A stretch of 59,586 nucleotides of DNA, filler included, from Sphacelaria rigidula (GCA_964200075.2; 8 parts of 8 records of this genome joined end to end with filler, not necessarily neighbours in it); one strand, 5' to 3'. Counted from the whole stretch's first letter, positions 11,311 to 24,384 are shown. Translations and numbers: made by a program. Notes: generated from the sequence alone by a model not told the origin.

Positions 11311-13332
11311 TTCTTTCTAAATGCCCTAATTTTGGAAAAAAAGTTCCCTGGTATGCGGAGGTTATCCCAGAGAGGTGTTTTCCCCGCATATGCCACCGCA
11401 CCCGGATGGTCTAGTGTTTTGACTGTCACCACTGGGGTACAGAGAACTTGGATTCTATGCCCCGATGCGTTGGGTTTTCCCTTCAAAGTATCTGATTTCA
11501 CAGCAGTGGAAAACGTGCGTACGTGAGTGAACGAAAGGTAGTAGACTGAGCTTGTTTGACGAGAGTTGACGCGGTGCGGGAGTGCTAACCCAATTTCGCG
11601 AAGCCAAAATCCAAGACGTACACCGGGGGAAAGAGGGGTTGATCCCTTGAGACCACGGACTAGTCCCGAGGAAGCGGAGGGGTTCAAAGTGCGACAAAAA
11701 TAAAGTCGAGAAAAGCAGGCTCAACTCGGTTTTCGGAGATATCAAATTTCGTCGGGATAGGGGCCCACAATCCCTGCTACCAAGCACCCCGCAGCGAGCT
11801 GTGCAGACAGCACATACATGAAGTACAGCTGCACACAGCACAACAGTACCGTTCTGTGCCACTACAATACAGCAGACTTTCCCGCGTCTTCCATACTTTC
11901 AATATATCTGCTACTGCCGTTCATGAGCACGCGATCTCACGAATTGCAGTACCTGGTACCGCGCCCGCCACACAAGTTATTCAAGCCCACAGGGTCGGCC
12001 ACCACGCCGTAGGACCATGCCACAGGCTTCGCCGCTCGGCCAAGGCTCAGAAATATATCACACCAAGTACCTCATTGCGATCTTTCCACACCCGAGATCT
12101 TCTGAAAGTGAGGGGGTTTCGCCCACTGGGAATACCGAACTGCGACGTTGACGGTCTCATCACCTGACGGGAAAGGGGGGTGTTATATACCATGATCTAC
12201 GCTACAACTGTCGCACACACGGGTTGTAAGCCCAGTCTGTTAAATTATCTCCACAAAATGTGCCCGGCGACTCAACCTTGAGCAGCGGAGCCGCAAAAAA
12301 GGTGGTCATGTCACCATCGCAGTATTTGAGAAAATCTACGTTGAGCAAGTTTGCACTCGGGGTGCGCGAGGGGGGGGGGGGGGGTTGTACTTCTCGAACG
12401 TAGCAAACGAATGCAAAAACATGTCACAACTCACTTTCACGCGACCAATGGTACTGATGCTCCTGGATCCAATCACAGGATACGTGAACCCTGTTGCATG
12501 TTCATTATGCAGGCATAGGAGGACAGATATCACGTAAGCTCCTCGAGGCACCCACATCGCCCCAAGACGTGTATTGCCGGTCGACGTGGGTGTGTAACAT
12601 CAACACTCAAAATAGCCATTTTCCAATCATGCGAAACATTAGTGTTGCACTTTACAGTAGTAGCATGTCACACGAGAACGTACCCTTTGCTGTTTGGTCT
12701 GTATGGAGGTTCAGAAACACCGTGGCTTTCTTGCACATTTTTTTTTCTCAAACGGGCACTTTCGCGGTCGCCGAGGCCGAGGCCAAAGTCTCGCGGACTT
12801 AATTCTAACTTAAATCGACGAGAAAAAGAAAGTACAGTATTATTCTATTATGAGTACTATTTTTCCCACTGAAAGTTTTTGGTGGGAGACAACGAACCCG
12901 AGGTTTGTTGTTGTTGTCGTTGTATTCACATTGAAAGCCGTCCCGATATCTGCGCGGCACAGTCAATCGTATTGGGCATCTGACGCGGACGCCTTCCTCC
13001 TTGGTCGGTGCATCTCTAATTTCAGCAAGATTTTCAGCGACATTAGCCCTCCTGTCAGTGGAAAATGACCATCTCACGTTTGAGAATACCGATTTGGGGT
13101 ACAGTGTATCTCATACGAGTTGTGAAAACAGGCAAACTGGAAATCACATCTACCCTACCGAACAAGTTGGGGCAGATAAATCTTGCGGACGAATCGGGCG
13201 AAGTCTAGAGCTTCGCAAATGCTGCGCAACAAGTTGAAGATCGAAGTTGAAGTTTCAGTCGACCCACACGTTCTGCCCAATTAATTTGAATTCAGACTCC
13301 TTTCTGGGCTGACGTTGCCCCCACAGTACATT

Positions 13333-13536
13333 TAAGGCCGTGTCTTACCAAATTATTTCCATGTCGAAAACGTGTGGTCGAATCGAATTCGCTCGTTTCT
13401 GATTCGTCCACGCTGTTTATTTTCTCAGATGGTTGATCACATGCATGCCGTAGACGTGCGTATCAGGTACGAGCAAATTCGATTCTAGCGTAGACGTTTT
13501 CGAGTCGGAAACAGTTTTAGAAGACTCACGGCTTGA
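13333..13536. mobile_element. MITE with ~75-bp imperfect TIRs (possibly PIF/Harbinger Tourist-like)
   Basis: GGCCGTGTCTT...TCGAAAACGT...GAATCGAATTCGCTCGT pairs with the reverse complement of 13463-13533; TAA/TGA flanks. Confidence 0.65.
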
Positions 13537-13777
13537 GACCTCACGAAGCTAGGGGAGTGGAAAATTTATTGAGTGCATGACATGTACGACTATAGGTAGA
13601 AATTATCTCCAATGTTTTGCGGTGATGTCTGCGGAGGTTGGGCCCACGATTTTTCCGGGGATTGATAAAGTAGCCGCGTCACCTGGTCTGGTCCGAGTAC
13701 ACCCACCGCTTTGTCCTGTCTGTCGCAAACGAACGGGTACATGGCGAGGATGCCGATGTTTTGACGATATGCTTTTC

Positions 13778-14425
13778 TAGGCTCTGCTTTTTATTTTGCG
13801 CATTTTTTTTATGCGCGTTTTCCCATTTTTCATCTTCAAAGGTGAACATTATGCGCCGATTTATGCGTATTTTGGTGAAATATGCGCGACTTATGCGCCT
13901 TTTTCGCGCCCTTCTTGAGGTGCTTCCTGGCGGGTTCCTGACGGCACCGCCCACCATGGAACGTACCTTCCAGCTAAAAAAAACAAGACGGCACGTTGAA
14001 CATTTCGATTTCAATTTTTTTTAACCAGTTGTTTCACACAAACACAGAGTAGCTCACATACAGCAACATAACCGATCAAAAACCGCAAGAATTGTTTTTT
14101 TTCTTTTGGCGCAGGACTGCGATGATATCAGATCCGCAACAAAGTTCAAAAAAAGAATCACGAACACGAACGCCACGACTCCACGAGCCACGTCACATGG
14201 AGCACCCGTGGGCAGCTACTAGCTGCTGGACATGGGGTGCATAATCCCGTTGGAGTACTATATAATACGTGCCAAGTTATGCGTATATCTTAGCTTTCAT
14301 GCTCTTTTTATGCTGAAACTCCCAAAAACATATGTTGAATAAAAAACGCATAATGATAGGTATGCTTTATGCGCAAAACCCCGTTTCATACGAAATTATA
14401 TGCGCACAAAAAAAGCAAAAGCCTA
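13778..14425. mobile_element. Non-autonomous hAT-like DNA transposon
   Basis: TAGGCTCTGCTTTTT..GCGCAT / ATGCGCAC..AAAAGCAAAAGCCTA TIRs; clusters of TATGCG subterminal motifs at both ends; no TSD found. Confidence 0.55.
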
Positions 14426-14549
14426 CGGATATACCTCTCATGTGTTCAGCGAAAGCATCATGTAGTCCGTCCGCAAACGTCAAATTTGTCGATCAAATAA
14501 CACACCCCGGGTGAGGGTGTTTGGAAAGGAGATATCCCCACCTTATTAT

Positions 14550-14822
14550 CGTCGACGAGGGGGAGGGGGGGGGCGTACTCATTTGTTGCTTGCCTTAGTC
14601 GTTTGACCATTGACCACGCATCCCTTTCGAGACGGAGCACCGTTCCTACTCCTAATAGAGACACCTCCAACATTCTGGCGCTCATTACTTTCCTTCCGTA
14701 GCTCATTACGTTTCTTCTACACAAGAACCTCTTACATATCTTATCCCCGTCCTGTTTCGCCGTCTCTGGCCACCATCTATCTCCTAGTATAGCCATCGTT
14801 TTCTCCCTACTGTCTAATGCAT
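14550..14822 (-). mobile_element. LINE 3' end
   Basis: AILGDRWWPETAKQDGDKICKRFLC, then after a frameshift ...NVGGVSIRSRNGAPSRKGCVVNGQTTKASNK* and a C-rich tail; several more copies in the window. Confidence 0.75.
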
Positions 14823-14922
14823 NNNNNNNNNNNNNNNNNNNNNNNNNNNNNNNNNNNNNNNNNNNNTTAATTAATTAANNNNNNNNNNNNNNNNNNNNNN
14901 NNNNNNNNNNNNNNNNNNNNNN
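14823..14922. other. Artificial contig linker
   Basis: Same linker. Confidence 0.98.
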
Positions 14923-17427
14923 TGCCCCGTACAGAAAGCGACGGACCTATGTGGTCGCTCTGAAGGCTGGTCGGCAGGTGGAAGAATCACTACGCGCATG
15001 GAGGCAGCGAGTGGAAGCGTATGCTGTTACCTGCCCCCCGTTGGGCCAGCTCTTGGGGCGGACTGGCATCTATTTCTTGGAGCCTACGGGGCAAGGCAAG
15101 GCTATTCATAGTTTCGAGGATCCGATGCCCAGGTTAACTCGCTCTCGGCTGGTGAAAGGGAAACCTCGGCGCGAGGAATTTACACCCCACAGCGCGGACG
15201 CGGGGGTATGGGAGGAAGCAGTAGAGTTGGAAAGAGTCGACTTCGTCAGAGTAGCGACTACCCTCGACCATTACGAAACTCCACCAACAGTGAACCCCGA
15301 TGCTATGCTAGATATTGTGGCTAGTTTCGTTCATCCGTGGATGTTAGGGGCAGTCTTATCAAGCTTGGAAGCAGAAGGGTTGTTGAGCTTGACTTGGATA
15401 GTGAGGACGTAGGTTTAAGTGCGCTAGCAGCGATATGGCCACATGAGGATGAATTGCCAGAGACGTGGGGAGCCGCAGTAACTCGCTCGTCGGTTCCCGA
15501 AGCGGAACATAAGTCGGACCAGGACTCTGGTGGGGGGGAGGCCTCGGTTGAGGAACCAGTACCAGGTAAAGGTAACCCTAGAATTGTTCTCGAACAAACG
15601 CGGGCGATCCTGGTGGACAAATCACAACTCGTTTTATAACAAGATCGGGACTTCCGTCTGGGACCCATCAAGGATAGGTTGAGAAAAGAGTCTAAGGATG
15701 ACGGAGTTAGCAAGAGGCGGGATGCCTACGTGCTAGATGAGAATGATCTTCTATGGTACACCTCCCCTGAGGAGCCAGCCAAGTTGGCTATCCCACGCAG
15801 CTTAGTGCCAGGGCTGCTGGCGTGGGTGCACACTACGCATGGGCACGCTGGAGTGATGAGGACGACTGCAGTAGTCAACGTACGGTACGAATGGCCTGGT
15901 CTTTTCGCCAATGTTCGAAAATACGTGTTATCTTGTGGATGTCGTCGACGCAAGCGTACCAACAGTCACACCCTAGCGATGCGGCCTGCCCGATTTCTGT
16001 GAGCATGGGAGGTGTTAGAGATGGACATATCGGACATGAAGCAGGTTTCCGCCTTGGGCAACAGGTATTTGTTGATCATCGTGGATCGAGCAACCAAGTT
16101 TCTCTTTGCTTCCCCATTGGCTGCCAAGCTCACGGTGCCCGTAGCGAAATGTCTGCTGAAGCTCTTCTTGACGTTTGGGGTACCCTACTTTTCGAGGAGT
16201 GACGCTGGGGGGGAGTTCACGTCGGAGGTAGTGAACCATGTATGCCAGTGGGTGAAGGTGAAGCTGGATCATGGTCGGGCAGAGCACCTTCGCGGTCAAG
16301 GCGCGGAAGAGAGGTACGGAGGATGGTTGCACGACGTTCTGGCCGAGCTTTGTAAGAAATGGCCGTAAAGGTGGAATAAGTACGTAGACCCCGCTGTGTG
16401 GATTCACCGTACTACTCCCAATCCTTCATTACCTAATAATCCGACTCCACTCAAGCTGCTTTTTGGGCGCGAGCCACGCACCCATATAGACGCTGTGTCA
16501 ACTGAAACGGAGTCTCCACCGTTGAACAACACGGTGGAACAACAACGCCAAAACCTGAAGGACGTCCACGAGCTTCTGACCCAACGCCACAAGCGAAGGG
16601 AAGAGGTAAGATCGGCTAGAAATGCCGAGCTGAATCACCGATCGGTGGGGTCGCGAGCTCAGGTAGGGGATCTGATGTTAGTAAAGGAGTCCGACAGCTA
16701 CCTTGTATACGAGGATGTGCCGACTAAATTAGTGCACGATTTGTGGACGGGACCATGGACGGTGCAGCAAGTGGTGATACCCGGTCTCAGCCTTAAGGTC
16801 AGTATGCAGGGACGCAAAGTACGAGAACGGACGGTGTCGGCAGCCACTGTGAAGAAATTTCATGTGCGCCCTGAACAGCTGCGACACCCGTTTCCGGACG
16901 AGTACTCTCAGTTAGCATGGGGGGCTGATCTGGGTTTGGCTGAGGGGATCGAGGTCGTCCCACAACTGTACACATTGACAGATAGGAAAGTGGTGCTAGG
17001 AGCAGGATCGTCATGGGAGTGGGCCTATCGAGGGTTATTTTATGACGGAGCTGAATCTCATTGGCTTTCTGAGGAGGAAGTCTTGGACAGTTTCACTGGG
17101 TTGCAGCTGGACGTGTTTCATGCTTTGTGGGAACTATATCACCCGCAAGCCAGACCACGCCCATCTGCTACGCCATCTCAAGCGGAAAGAGACTCTGTTG
17201 CTCGGGATGAAGCTTTACGACAGATTCCTCGAGGGACTAAAACCCGTAAACGGTTTGTAGATAACCGAGGTGAGCAGCAGGAGTTCGACGGAGAGGTGTT
17301 CGATTTCCGTCAGCCGTATTACCGTATCAAGTATGAGGATGGAGATTGAGAAGAGATGACGCCGTTGGAGGTGCGAAAATATACAGTGAATGGGCAAGAT
17401 ACCGGAACAGTTTCAGGGTCTAACTGA
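14923..17427 (+). pseudogene. Ty3/Gypsy pol 3' half: integrase plus chromo-like and Tudor-like C-terminal modules
   Basis: One frame from ~15390 to 17427 broken only by stops at 15637, 16000, 16366, 17347; Zn finger HTTHGH...CGC; D16024, D16201, E16309 (D-35-E); WTGPW (GPY/F-like). Confidence 0.92.
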
Positions 17428-17693
17428 TGGAGAGAAGAGACCGTTTCTGCACGGTGTTTAAATTCCCTACGTGGTCTAACCCGGCAGAGCGGTCAACAAG
17501 ACAGCGGATCCCCCAGGCGGGATAGAATCGTTCCTGCGCGGCATTGAAGTGCTCTACGCAGTCTAACCAGCAGAACGGTTATCAAGATCGACGGCTACAC
17601 CAAGACGCCGAGTACTCGGGAAGAGGGACATGGTATCGCGGCGATCCATCGTGTAAACCACGTTCAGTCCCAGGATTTTACAACCCTAGGACT

Positions 17694-17702
17694 GAGGGGG
17701 GG
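17694..17702 (+). other. Polypurine tract
   Basis: GAGGGGGGG immediately before TGATACG, downstream of pol. Confidence 0.65.
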
Positions 17703-18080
17703 TGATACGAATCGCAGCGTGGCGTGATGGAGATAGTACGATGATGGGCCGTCGGTTTCAAAACGACCCTACGCCCGGAGGGCTGATTGCGGGAACTGGC
17801 TAGTGCCGTGATCAGGGGTGAAGGCGGTGTAATCCGTCAAAAGACGGCATACATAAGCATGCCTCTTTACATCTGGTTGGATCCGGTTCTTTACAAGAAT
17901 CGATCCAGCTGGCACCCTGGGGTTCACTCTCTTTTGAGAGCTGAGGTAAATCCCACCAAGAAAGGAAAAGAAATCGAATCGGCCTGAAGCTGTGATCGAG
18001 ATATCGTGACGCTCGTCGTGTATCGTTCTGCGTTGGACTTTCCCACGTGCTGTGAGCTTGCTCTTGTTTCAGACATAACG
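17703..18080 (+). repeat. Probable Gypsy 3' LTR (right end uncertain)
   Basis: Starts TG directly after the PPT; no second copy to fix the end. Confidence 0.5.
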
Positions 18081-18485
18081 GTGAGACTGTAACGAGGTTG
18101 ATTCAGGCAATGAGCAAATGCAAGAAGATCGGCATGATGGTAAAACGAACTTTGTGCACAAATGAAATGGTGAAATGTGTAACCCTATAGTAAAAGTAAG
18201 TCATATCATGCATGACCTAGCGAGACATCGTAACTTGCATGACCGAAATGCTATTATTATTGTTCGCTCTAGTACTCGACTTGTACAGTAGAGACACGCA
18301 TGTGGACGACCACTATGGCCAAAACTATTCTGCTTTTATCACATATACTGTCAAGCAGTCATGGCCATACTCCAGAGAATATCTCATGACCTAATATCAT
18401 CATGCAAAGTTCATATCCAAACCTCCATGGATCAACCTGCAGCTCCTGATGCATCTGTACGTGTACTAGAGGTGGACTACTCTAC

Positions 18486-19642
18486 ATGTCGGACTTTTGC
18501 GACGCTGGCCTTTTCGTTGGAGTGTACTTCGACATCTTTCCTCACGGCGTCGGGGGTCATTTGGACCATCGAGCGAGGTCCGTAAATTTCAAAGAGTGGG
18601 CTCAGATTCTGTTGCGACAACGTGGTCCTCGATTCAGGGGAGCAGGACTTGTTCTGCGTGTGCGCGATTTTCCGGCGGAAAGCCATCCAAAACGCCCGTT
18701 GGAAACTGCCCGGGAGAATGTCTGCTCGCGTTTCGGAGACACCTGATGGTGCCACCGCAGACGACTTGACGGCTGCTGCTCAACAGATGGAGCAGAGTGC
18801 TGGATGTTGGACTGCTCTGTCTGACCTCCCGGGCGTGTACGCGCTCATCAGAACCATGGAATCGGTACACGCCGGTACTTCTTGGACCATCTGCAACAAG
18901 AGATCGACGAGGATGATAGCGGTATCTCTCACCCTCCAGATGGGTCAGCCTTTGTGATGGATGACGATCAGCCCGGCCGACACCCAGAGCCCGATCGTGT
19001 TGAAAATGGTTGGAGTCGACGTCGATGTGACGAGCAGGCTGGAAGCGGATTACCCCGATTACCCTGAGAGGCTCAAATTGGTGGCCGGAGACCACGTGGT
19101 GTCCGCGTTATTCTTCCACTCTACAACAGAAGAAGCGGTTTTGGACTGCCTGCTTCAGTTCGGTGCTAATGATAGCGACGAAGGGGTTTTGGGAAGAGTT
19201 AAGGACTACGTCGGGATGACCGAGGAGCAACGTCGCCTGATGCCCCACTGCCACCTTCTCGCTTGGGTGTACGGGTAACACGATTTCTCCTCCTTCCGTG
19301 CTCTTTTGGATAGGGGCCCTGAGAAGTACAACAAGCTCGCTCGACATCCAAGTCATCCTCAACCAAGTGGCTACTCTCGCCGACATTAACTTCGCTATGC
19401 GAGACCACGGCGACACCGCCACCTCCGTAGAAGTAGCCGACTCAACACCTTCTAATGACCCCTTGCTGGTCGAGCCGAAGCAACGCATTGCTCAACCTCC
19501 ACCAGCAGCTTGTTTCCTCCCGGATGGTGTCGAAAGCTGCCGATTGCACGACGCGTCCTTCGCCCGCCTGATATACCTCGACCTCACCGAGCTCACCCCT
19601 GGAGCGAATTTGCACAGCTGCCAGCCCACGTGCCACGAGTGA
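18486..19642 (+). pseudogene. Helitron Rep (HUH endonuclease) pseudogene
   Basis: IFPHGVGG, MGQPL*WMTISPAD, SALFFH, GVLGRVKDYVGMTEEQRRLMPHCHLLAW (HUH at 19246-19254), LHSCQPTC; frameshifted; no helicase seen. Confidence 0.85.
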
Positions 19643-20199
19643 CGAAGTCGATCAAAGGACACGGCTGAGTCGATCATGTTGTTGTAGAAGAGTAGTATTA
19701 CATAGCTTGACTAAGAAAGTCAAGGACGGAAAGAGAACGAAGAGAACGAAGTGACTGGGTGTGGCTACCCCAACACCGTGACAAGCAGAGCCTTCCAATC
19801 AGACATTGCGTACGTAGGTACAAGACATACGCCTACTATGGTATCAAATCCCACCGCATGTGACTGTCACAACCTGTGAAGACGGATACCTATGTACCGT
19901 GGCTGATCAGTACTACTGGATCGCTCGAACGACTATTGAGCGGCCGGCGATGGGTCTGAAAATATGTCTTATGACGTCAGAATGCACAGTGACGTCATCA
20001 TGTGAAGTACGAAGTCGCGGTGACGACGGGACATGCGGAACGCGGGCGGGGGTGCCACCAACATTCCTTGAGCGCGTGAAAGCGCGCGAGGATTTGGAGC
20101 TGTGCCTCGAACTGCCGCCTTCGGGACGCGCGTAGGTGACATGGTCAACACGGACTATCGACGTATGGTCCTGTCAAGGTGCACGAACCTTACTCTTGT

Positions 20200-20640
20200 G
20201 CGTTGTGAAACAGGGGGCGGTGGGTCGTACCTCTTCCATGACTTCTATCAAAGATTTGAGGGGAGTGCGGTGTTGCGGTTTAAGATCCAAGTTATGCGGC
20301 TGCGGGCTGAGTTTGTTCAACGTTGTTTATGGATTGCACGTGGGCGGGATCTGATCGGGCTTGAAACATGGCATTACATGAAGTCTTGACCTCGGCGGCA
20401 AAAGTCGTGGTGGCAGGATAACTCGCTTGGGCAGAAGGAGTGCGATCCGCGTTCCGTATGGCAGAAGTGAAGGTCGCAGCTGTTGTGGCGACACCCGTCT
20501 GCGGGATGTAGAGTGTGGGACTAGCAGAGGTGGTGGGGCGAGGGGTTATACTGTAGTAGAGGCAACCTCCGTGGCACCATGGTCGGTGCCGGAGGCGTGG
20601 CGCTTTGACGGGATGGACGACATTTTAACAGTCGTTGGGC
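20200..20640 (+). pseudogene. Possible degenerate OTU-like protease domain
   Basis: GGGGSYLFH (cf. GDGNCLF; TAC could derive from TGC), LRAEFV, LAEVVGRGV, DGRHFNS (cf. HYxS) in order across frames. Confidence 0.3.
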
Positions 20641-22283
20641 GTGGCGCCACCTTTGAAGCAACTGCTACAAGGCCGTCCTGGACGGGAGTGTCCACGGGTG
20701 GGGACTGAGGGCGATATCCTGCCCTCGCATCCGAGGCAACAGGCCTCAGTGAGGGTGACACTGTTACAAGGGTCATTTTGGACAGTTTCGTCAGGCGGCG
20801 TGGACTCTGTCGGGGACACCACACTGTTCAGAACCCGAGGACACATCTCCACGTCATAGTCCGATTTTCAAATCCCGTAGATCGAGTAGCGCTTCTAGAA
20901 GAAGCGTGTGTTACGGGATGCTTTGTTATGAGGCCGTCACTGACAGTTTCGTCAGGAGCCGTGGACTCTGTCAGGGACATCGGGAACACCAAACTATTCT
21001 TTGCGTCGGAACGCGAGAGGACAGATCTCGACTTCACAGTCTGCTATCAAATCCTGTAGAGCGAGCAGCGCTCGAAGTTGATTTCTGCGAAACCGAAATG
21101 ACGCGTCGTCTTTTCCGGATACCTTTGAGCGTCCATGTGTTCGACGCCGTGTGCTGCGAAGCGTTTGGTTCTCCGATTTGGGGGAGGAAGCGGAGCTAAT
21201 AAATCGCGACATGACCCAAACGTCATGACCGGCTTCGTGCTCAGTTGTCCAAAATCCCCGTAGCACGTGTCAAAAGCCGTTCTACGAGTTCGGAGTGCTC
21301 TTTGTTTGGCCTTGCGACAAAAAACCGCCCATGCCACCTTCAGTTGTCGGTGGCGGTCAGTATGATACCATGCACACGAATATCGCGAAGAACAGTGTTT
21401 CCGTGATATGGAGAGTAGAGGATACAATTGAGAGTGGAAAGCAGTCAATTAGTGACTGGATCGTTTTAGTTCCGAAATGCCCCTCCACGAGGCCCAATAT
21501 GCTTTCTGTAGTACTCGTAGTTTGCCACTGAGGCCCTTAATATCCCTGCGTAGGATTTCGACGTGTAGCTGTGAGCTAACGCAAGTGATGGACGCAAAGA
21601 AAAGCACATACGGGATGAAAAATTGGCCAAGTTAAAGCGAGTGATCAAAGCCACTCTCAATCGACACTCTACTCCCAATCTCACGAGAACGTCGTTGAAG
21701 GTATTGCGCAAGACAGTTGCTGACGATTGAATCTTAGGTCATGGGCGTGAACCAGCCTGTACTGCATTCGCGTTTTCGTTGTCACTCGCCGTGTGCAAAA
21801 AGTAAGGAAGCAGACCATGTACCCCACATACACCGTTCCCCCCTCTCACCCGTCCGCCGGCCTCGGAGAACCCCTCACGCATCTGTTGAGAAGCAGTTGT
21901 TCCAATCACTCTTCGACAATAATAACTACATGAATGGAAGGCACATAAATTTTGTGTTTCGCTTTGGACCCAAAAGCCCCGGCGAGATCTGCACCAGCAA
22001 GTCATCACCTTCGTACAAATTGCTGCCCAAGCAGTTGGTTAGCACCGATTGCCGGCACATCCACATGCCCTGCTACACTAAGAGTGCAGAATCGCAGCAA
22101 ATCCAACGTCGGTCAGCGGGCGTGCATGAAAAGAATAGACAAAACACTGGAATGGAAAAATACGAAAAACCACAGGGGGGGTATGAAAATGGGGGAAGGG
22201 GGGAGGGGGGCGGGGGGGGGGGGGGGGAAAAAAAAAAAAAAACAACAGCAGCCGAAAGAAACCCTCAAACAACCCACAAACAA

Positions 22284-22383
22284 NNNNNNNNNNNNNNNNN
22301 NNNNNNNNNNNNNNNNNNNNNNNNNNNTTAATTAATTAANNNNNNNNNNNNNNNNNNNNNNNNNNNNNNNNNNNNNNNNNNNN
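22284..22383. other. Artificial contig linker
   Basis: Same linker. Confidence 0.98.
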
Positions 22384-24384
22384 AAATGGGACTTCAACCT
22401 CATTTTTTGTTTCAACCCCAAAAATTAGGATCGGCTGTTTTTTGCTGTTGCTGTTGTTGCTGTTGCTGCTGTTGCTGCTGCTGCTGTGTTGCCGTCGATT
22501 GACTTTTCTTCCTTGCCACCGCATCGCATGTTGTCATATGCACGCGTATTTTACGCCCTTATGTTCCCATCATTTTATATCTTGCTCAAATTTTAACGCA
22601 CGGTTTTTGTCATTATCGCCTGCATTGTATCACCTTCGTCTGACCTACACCGTCCACCCATAATAATATCATCGCTGTACCTAACCAGCAATGATCGTGT
22701 TCCAGGCATTTTCCAATTTCTCTCTGTTTTATTTGTTTTTCTTTCATCTTACATACTCACATTTTTTACATTCCCGAGTGTCGTGTCTACCGTAACTGTC
22801 TTTTGAGCCACCCGGTTGTATTTCAAGTGTTTTATCATTTTGCGCCGCCGTCGTCTTGCTCTTTAGAGTTGCACTATTTTTCATTTCATGTTCCTTTTAT
22901 TTTGTATTGTGTTTTGCGCCCTTGATGTTTTCCTTTTGACCGTGCGGGTGTAGGCTATCCGCATGACCCTGTCTATTGCGTTGCCTCTACGTATCATGCT
23001 TGAGCAGGGTTCTGCTTCAAATCGTTTCACCTGCATGTACCTCGAGACTTCCAACGTATGCTAACCGTGCCCGCTGTCACTTCCGCCCTTGTTTTACCTA
23101 CACTCTTGTCCTGGATGTGTCGCATACCGATGAGGGAGCCGGCGCTGAACGTGATTGCGTCGGAGAGGACACGCAGGAAACACTGACGTTATGTTCCAGC
23201 GTAGAGTGTCAGGAATTTGGCTTGGTTCAGCTAATCCCGTGCACCTTTTCATAGCATGCTGGTAGCAGCGTTATCACCTCAGTGTAACTGAACATGATCC
23301 CAATTTTATCCCACACTAATAATTAGTTGTATGGTTTGCTCGCCCCTCATATTTCCTCTGCAGCGTTTGTCGACTACGCGATTTTGTTTTTGGTGAATGT
23401 CGCCAAATAATGCATCTTGCTGCAGGGTCTCAGAAGTTCCTTAGCCTGCTGATCGATAATACCGGCGTACAACCAGCCCCGTCCAAACTCGACGCAACTG
23501 CTAAGATGTCACGTCCACACACAGTCGAAGAACAACGTTCGTGTTCAGACTCACCGGGTACCTTAGACAGTTTGTCCAGAAGCGTAGCATTATAGTCACC
23601 CCGCTGACCTGATATTCTCAATAAGTGGGAAAGCCAACAATATTGCTACACGATAGAGGTAAATGCAGGCTCTCCTTTCGCTGTCAAACTTATGTGCCGT
23701 ACAACTGCAGCAAGACTTTACCACCACAATGCGGTCGTCTCATAATGGCTCAGCTAGGATATGGGTCACGAACTTGAGACTCGCCGAACAACCATAAATA
23801 TACAACTCATGCGTGTGAGATCATGTTCCTTGTCATTCCTGTACTTTGTCGCCGTGTATTTAGTACATCGTATCTCATTATTATATTTGATTCAGCATGC
23901 CTTGTTCATTTTATTTTATTCAAGATTATGTCTACAGTTTTACAGGATTCGAGGAATTAGGGGCACGGCTGCTGAAATGTTCACGGCACTGTACAAATCT
24001 TGACCGCAGAGATGAAGTGAGCATGTTTCACGCACACTCTCGGACAATCGCGCCCTACCCGGCGACCCGACGCTATGCTACCGTCCGGCACGTTTCCCTT
24101 CGAGCTGTGGACTGGCCGTAAGCATTACACACGTACTACATGCAGTTGTCTCAAAAGTAAAAATGTCCTTCGATATTCGCCCATCCCATCTTAAACACTC
24201 TATAGCCGAAGTGTTTGCGTCCCACATTGGGGGGATCGAACTGGAGAATGACACCCACATTCCACCTGACCCCTGAATTTGCCACCGTGTTGGATTGCAT
24301 TGCCTGATTTTGTGACCGTGTTGGATTGTCGAGAACTCTACGTTGTTTCAGGCACTGATGGGTAGGGAAAAGGGGAAGACTTCA

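Noticed and set aside
12169-12260. PPT plus TG start of an LTR
   Set aside because: No convincing pol upstream and no second LTR
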